In this document: positions 60,063 to 64,000 of the stretch, piece by piece
Numbering within the stretch: the first letter of the stretch is position 1
Layout of the letters: each line of letters opens with the position of its first letter
Assembly: GCA_963817525.1 (NCBI GenBank)
Contig: CAWFOU010000007.1
Coordinates: 544,001 to 608,000, forward strand
Origin: an uncultured archaeon
GTDB taxonomy: Archaea > Thermoproteota > Nitrososphaeria > Nitrososphaerales > Gagatemarchaeaceae
Direction: 5' to 3'
Length of the DNA stretch: 64,000 bases
Translations under genes and position numbers: made by a program
Notes under the pieces: model-generated
Told to the model about the DNA's origin: nothing
The model's database searches: none
What the model saw: only the letters and a program-made list of their open reading frames with translations

Positions 60063-60401
60063 CTAGATAGTTTGCCTTAGAGTGACGATGCTCTGGTAGA
60101 GCGAGACAATTAGGGCCACGGCTATTGTGATTAGAGAGAAAACGTAAGACGGGGTCAGAGAAGAAGGGCGGAGGAGAGTCACAAGCAGGGTGAAAGAGGC
60201 GGCCAAGAAGGTCGAAAATGCCGCCCATAACGGGATGACCATCCTTCTGATTCGTAGCATGTTTTCGAAGACTACTCTGTCCGCGCTGTAACCCTCACTT
60301 CCCTCGCGGATGAGTCCCAAGCCAACCAGTTTTTTGAGATGATATTCGGCTACCGAAGATGAACTCAAATTGAGATCTTTGGAGGAGTAGGAAGCTGACA
60401 A
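60063..60401 (-). pseudogene. 5'-truncated HTH plus two-TM regulator
   Basis: LSSSSVAEYHLKKL lies at the extreme N-terminus; first helices are missing. Confidence 0.5.
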
Positions 60402-61039
60402 TGTTGAGCAATGGATCCCGATACACGGCGCTCGGCGTCGGGGTAGGATCGTACTACGCGAAAGTCGGGTTCATATCATCCGATGGGGTGAGAATGAGGT
60501 TGGTCGCAAGAGAGATGGCAGCCGGGGCAAAGCTCGTCACGATGTATCGGCGGGACCCGACCCCGCTCTACAGGTTCGGCAAGATAGAGAAGAGTAAGCT
60601 GGGCTTTTGGATTGATAACGCCGCCGATGTTTACGAGGTCAACGATGTCATTCTTCAAAGAGACTATGAAAGGAAACTATTGGCTAACGGCTCGAGATAC
60701 GAGATGGCCAGATTTGGGACGGAAATTGCTTACGCCATAATGAAAGAAGGATTTGGCGTCAAGGGGTTGGTTTTTTCTGAACCGTCGAGACCGGGAGCTG
60801 ACTTGCATACGAATGATGGGAGGATTGTGGCGGAGGCAAGGCTTGCACGAATCACCAAGACTCTGGGAATTGTGGAATTGAACAGCCAGCTGCGGAGGGA
60901 CATTACTCAGATGTTCTGGAAAGTGAAATACGACCTCAAGCATAGTTTTGCGGAAAGAGGTTATGCTGTATTTTCCTACCTCACACCTGATGCTTCCCTC
61001 AAAGCGCTCATAATAGCAATGCAGCAAATGAAGAAGTGA
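60401..61039 (+). CDS. Hypothetical protein, possibly PD-(D/E)XK-like, low GC
   Basis: GADL...VAEAR; ends at the tRNA 3' end. Confidence 0.5.
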   Translation: MLSNGSRYTALGVGVGSYYAKVGFISSDGVRMRLVAREMAAGAKLVTMYRRDPTPLYRFGKIEKSKLGFWIDNAADVYEVNDVILQRDYERKLLANGSRYEMARFGTEIAYAIMKEGFGVKGLVFSEPSRPGADLHTNDGRIVAEARLARITKTLGIVELNSQLRRDITQMFWKVKYDLKHSFAERGYAVFSYLTPDASLKALIIAMQQMKK

Positions 61040-61040
61040 G

Positions 61041-61172
61041 AGCCACGGGAGGGAGTGTCAATCACTGCATGCGGCGCTTTCCGCACGCAGATGATTTTTG
61101 ATCCCTCGACCTGCTGCTTGCTTGGCTTCTAGCCTACAAGGCAGCTGCTCTACCAGGCTGAGCTACCGTGGC
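61041..61172 (-). tRNA. tRNA-Thr(UGU) with introns at 37/38 (61119-61134) and about 59/60 (61055-61096)
   Basis: Acceptor GCCACGG/CCGTGGC; anticodon arm GCTGC-CTTGTAA-GCAGC; T stem GAGGG/CCCTC. Confidence 0.88.
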
Positions 61173-61319
61173 GCAGGATTCCCCCTGCCGAGGTCTGCTT
61201 ATCTCCTTTGTTGAACCGCTCTGCCGAGGAATCGGGCGGCCCCTGAAGTTCTTTCCCAGAGTCCTAGGGCACCCAAAATCCCATAAGGAACGAAGCTTGA
61301 TTGAAATCCTCGATGTCCT

Positions 61320-61937
61320 ATGACATGCGTCCTCAAGGATGCCACAGTTGCTGCTGCGGCTAGCCTGGTCATCTCGGCGGTATCATATTTTGTGACGGTC
61401 AAGGGCGTGCATCTTTGGCTCCCGCGGATTGACGCGGTGGGAACTGCCGTCGTCCACGGCTTCCCAATCCCATACGCGGCCTACTTCCCAACCAACGAAT
61501 CGTCCTACCTGTTTTACCCTCTGAACTTCGGCGGTGACTACCTGATTTGTTCCGCAGTCGCTTTTCTCGTGATGGCCGCTTTTACTGTCAGGAGGCTGAT
61601 TCTTGCTTCGATCTCGGGGCTCGCCGTGACCGCCCTGACCTTGCTTCTGCCATCGTTGGCCTTGGCTACCCCTGAGAATCTACCTTTGGAGTGTTCAGGC
61701 ACGCCGATGGGATTTCCGTTCGAGTACTTGTTTCGTCTCGAATGTTTTACGTCCGGTGCTGTTTCGTATCAGTTCAGCCCGCTGAGCGCGGTGGTGGACT
61801 ACGTGTTGTGGTTGGGGGTGAGCTTCTCCGCCATCGGCCTTTGCTTCCTGCTCCTCGCCTCGACAAGGAGGCACCGAATCTCGAGAGTTCAAATCCCTCC
61901 CGTGGCTCTCCACTCCGCCGTTAATGGTCAGTTGTGA
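61320..61937 (+). CDS. Hypothetical membrane protein with an internal duplication
   Basis: Two GFP..Y...DY halves. Confidence 0.65.
   Translation: MTCVLKDATVAAAASLVISAVSYFVTVKGVHLWLPRIDAVGTAVVHGFPIPYAAYFPTNESSYLFYPLNFGGDYLICSAVAFLVMAAFTVRRLILASISGLAVTALTLLLPSLALATPENLPLECSGTPMGFPFEYLFRLECFTSGAVSYQFSPLSAVVDYVLWLGVSFSAIGLCFLLLASTRRHRISRVQIPPVALHSAVNGQL
61881..61910 (+). repeat. Intron-less copy of the tRNA-Thr 3' end
   Basis: tcgagagttcaaatccctcccgtggctctc. Confidence 0.75.
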
Positions 61938-62016
61938 TGACTCGGAGGGTCGGGGTCGCCATGTTGAATCTCGGTGGTCCTCGGATTGGATTCAGCGTGC
62001 TTTCTGTCAGAGGAAT

Positions 62017-62463
62017 TCACTGCCAACTGCCTGTGAATTGCACCGAAGAGCCATCGCTAAATTGGATGGAGCCGTTAAGATGGTATCCTGGGATAGACAA
62101 GGCATTTCCCGACGAGGGCGAACACGAGACGTTCACCAAGCCCCCGGCCGGCACGCTGCTTGCCTTCGGCGAGAGGACGCCGGGCGAGTCATTTAGCGTG
62201 CAGCCAGTCGCCTCGACGGTCCCGCCCGAGTTCACCAGTGAAACGACGCATGTTCCCTGACTGGAGTTGCACGACACATTGCTCACGGTGACATGCGCGG
62301 GCGCACCCTGAATCGGGGGGACTGTCGAGCTGGAACTGCTAGAATAGCTGCTCGTAGCACCACCGGAACTCCCGGAAGTTGAAGGCGAGTGCAATAGCAG
62401 ATACGCTCCTCCAGCCCCCGCAAGCAGGATTACGACCAGGGCAGCGACGAGTTGGCCTTTCAT
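62017..62463 (-). CDS. Small secreted protein
   Basis: N-terminal TM, Ser linker, beta domain. Confidence 0.7.
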   Translation of the reverse strand: MKGQLVAALVVILLAGAGGAYLLLHSPSTSGSSGGATSSYSSSSSSTVPPIQGAPAHVTVSNVSCNSSQGTCVVSLVNSGGTVEATGCTLNDSPGVLSPKASSVPAGGLVNVSCSPSSGNALSIPGYHLNGSIQFSDGSSVQFTGSWQ

Positions 62464-62554
62464 CTGCGCTCGGTGCGGATGGATTTTCGGATGCGATAAG
62501 TCTTGGGATTTGGATCGTGCGAGGCTCCCGAAAGCGGCCTCTGCCCCATGGCTC

Positions 62555-62956
62555 TCACTTCCTCCCGATTTCGCGCGAGCGCAGGACGTCTGACGCGAGG
62601 AGCCTCAAAAAATCGTCGTACTCCTCGTCGTCGAACCTCACCTCTCGGACCAGCCCGGACTCCTCCGCTATCTTGTAGCTCAAGATGTGGTAGCAGTACT
62701 TGGCCTTGGCGCTCAGCACGCTGTAGAAGAAGGACTCGCAAGAACAGAATGGTTTGTCCGGGTCTATGAACTCGTCCGCGTTGCTCCCGACGACCGTGTA
62801 GACGTGCCGCCCGCTCGGAAGGAAAACGTGCCTCTTGACGCTGCCGTTGAAGGCCGCCTCGACCGCCTTCTCGAACATGTTCCGGTCCTTCGAGTAGCGG
62901 GCGAACCTCGACGCGAGCTGCTCCTTGGATTCTATGGCCTCTGCCACTTTAATCAA
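62555..62956 (-). CDS. SWIM zinc-finger protein
   Basis: CSCESF...CYH. Confidence 0.8.
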   Translation of the reverse strand: MIKVAEAIESKEQLASRFARYSKDRNMFEKAVEAAFNGSVKRHVFLPSGRHVYTVVGSNADEFIDPDKPFCSCESFFYSVLSAKAKYCYHILSYKIAEESGLVREVRFDDEEYDDFLRLLASDVLRSREIGRK

Positions 62957-64000
62957 CTCGTGAACTCGGTGAGCGAGTGTTGGTCCACCATGTTCCTGAG
63001 GTCGCTCAGGCGGACCCCCGCCCGGCGCAGCTCCCCGACCTCGCGGAGCAGCTCGGCAAACAGCAGCCTGACCTCCTTCTCTAGGACGAGGTAGTCGCTC
63101 GTGGGCGTCTCAAGGGTCTTGCTCTTCGAGTGTTGTGACAGGTCCTTGAGGATGCCGATTACCGAGACGTTCCTGAAAAAGAGGCCCCTCGAGACGAGCT
63201 TCTGGTGGACGTCCTTCAGCGCCGGGAGGAGCTCCTCGACCACCTTCTTGGGGTCGTCCGTGTCGTGCTTCAGCGTGACAATCCTGCCGAGCTGGGTGGC
63301 CTCTCCGCGGTCAACGACGGGCTCGTCGTCCAATCCCCCTGAGGCGTTGCGGAGGTAGACCGCGAGCTTCTTTCCGAGTATGTCCTCGAGCCTCTGGGCG
63401 GGGGCGCTCGAGAGGTCTGGGATGGTCGATATGCCGTTGTCCTCCAGCAGCTTCGCGGTCTTGGGGCCGACGCCGGAGATCTTCTCGATTGGGAGCGGAG
63501 ACAGGAAGGCTGCGGTCTCGTCGTCCTTCACGACCGTGAGCCCGTCCGGCTTCTGGAAGTCGGAGGCTATCTTAGCCACGACCTTGTTGGGACCGATTCC
63601 TATGGAGCAGGTCAGCCCCTCATCTCTCGCCACCTTCTCCTTGATGCTCAGGGCGAGGGACGTGGCAGTCGCGTAGCTTCCTCCGGTCCTCTTCGTGATG
63701 TCGAAGAACGCCTCGTCTATCCCGGTCTGCTCGAGTACATCTACCTCGTTCCTGACCGCTTCCATCACGCGCTCGGAGTACGTCTCGTACTTTTCGTGGT
63801 CCATGCGTATGAAGGCGGCTTCAAGTCCGTCCAGGCGGCGCTTCGCTAGAGTGATTGGGATCCCGGACTTGACGCCGTGCTCCCTTGCCTTGTAGTTCGC
63901 CGTGCTTACCACGCCGCTCTCCTCTGTCCTCCCGGAGAAGACGCACACCACGACAGGCCTGCCCTTCAGGGCGGGGTTCTCCACCTCCTCGACCTGGGCG
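62953..64000 (-). CDS. dinB: Y-family DNA polymerase IV (Dpo4/DinB), 5' end outside window
   Basis: TANYKAR, IDEAFFD, AKIASD..KPDG and GVGPKT. Confidence 0.93.
   Translation of the reverse strand, partial: AQVEEVENPALKGRPVVVCVFSGRTEESGVVSTANYKAREHGVKSGIPITLAKRRLDGLEAAFIRMDHEKYETYSERVMEAVRNEVDVLEQTGIDEAFFDITKRTGGSYATATSLALSIKEKVARDEGLTCSIGIGPNKVVAKIASDFQKPDGLTVVKDDETAAFLSPLPIEKISGVGPKTAKLLEDNGISTIPDLSSAPAQRLEDILGKKLAVYLRNASGGLDDEPVVDRGEATQLGRIVTLKHDTDDPKKVVEELLPALKDVHQKLVSRGLFFRNVSVIGILKDLSQHSKSKTLETPTSDYLVLEKEVRLLFAELLREVGELRRAGVRLSDLRNMVDQHSLTEFTS

Overview
High-GC archaeal chromosome segment; the 16S and gene content point to Nitrososphaerota/Thaumarchaeota. It holds a minus-strand 16S-23S operon with a ~603-nt group I intron at L2500, two tRNA genes with two introns each, and housekeeping genes (tbp, korAB, cysS, pyrH, aRF1, ychF, queC, valS, dinB); korB carries an intein. 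The main unexplained structure lies downstream of the 23S gene (8.9-30.2 kb): an array of short accessory cassettes (surface proteins, toxin-antitoxin pairs, transporter, DHFR-like, Nudix) separated by about 12 direct copies of the 3' arm of the 23S bulge-helix-bulge processing stem. The copy next to the rRNA is the most intact, and two more copies bracket a paralogous cassette at 49-50 kb. No recombinase is visible in the window. Also notable: a nuclease inserted in queC with a duplicated C-terminus, an intron-less copy of a tRNA-Thr 3' end, a 33-bp repeat-bounded module and a candidate structured ncRNA. All alignments and product calls were made by eye, without database searches.
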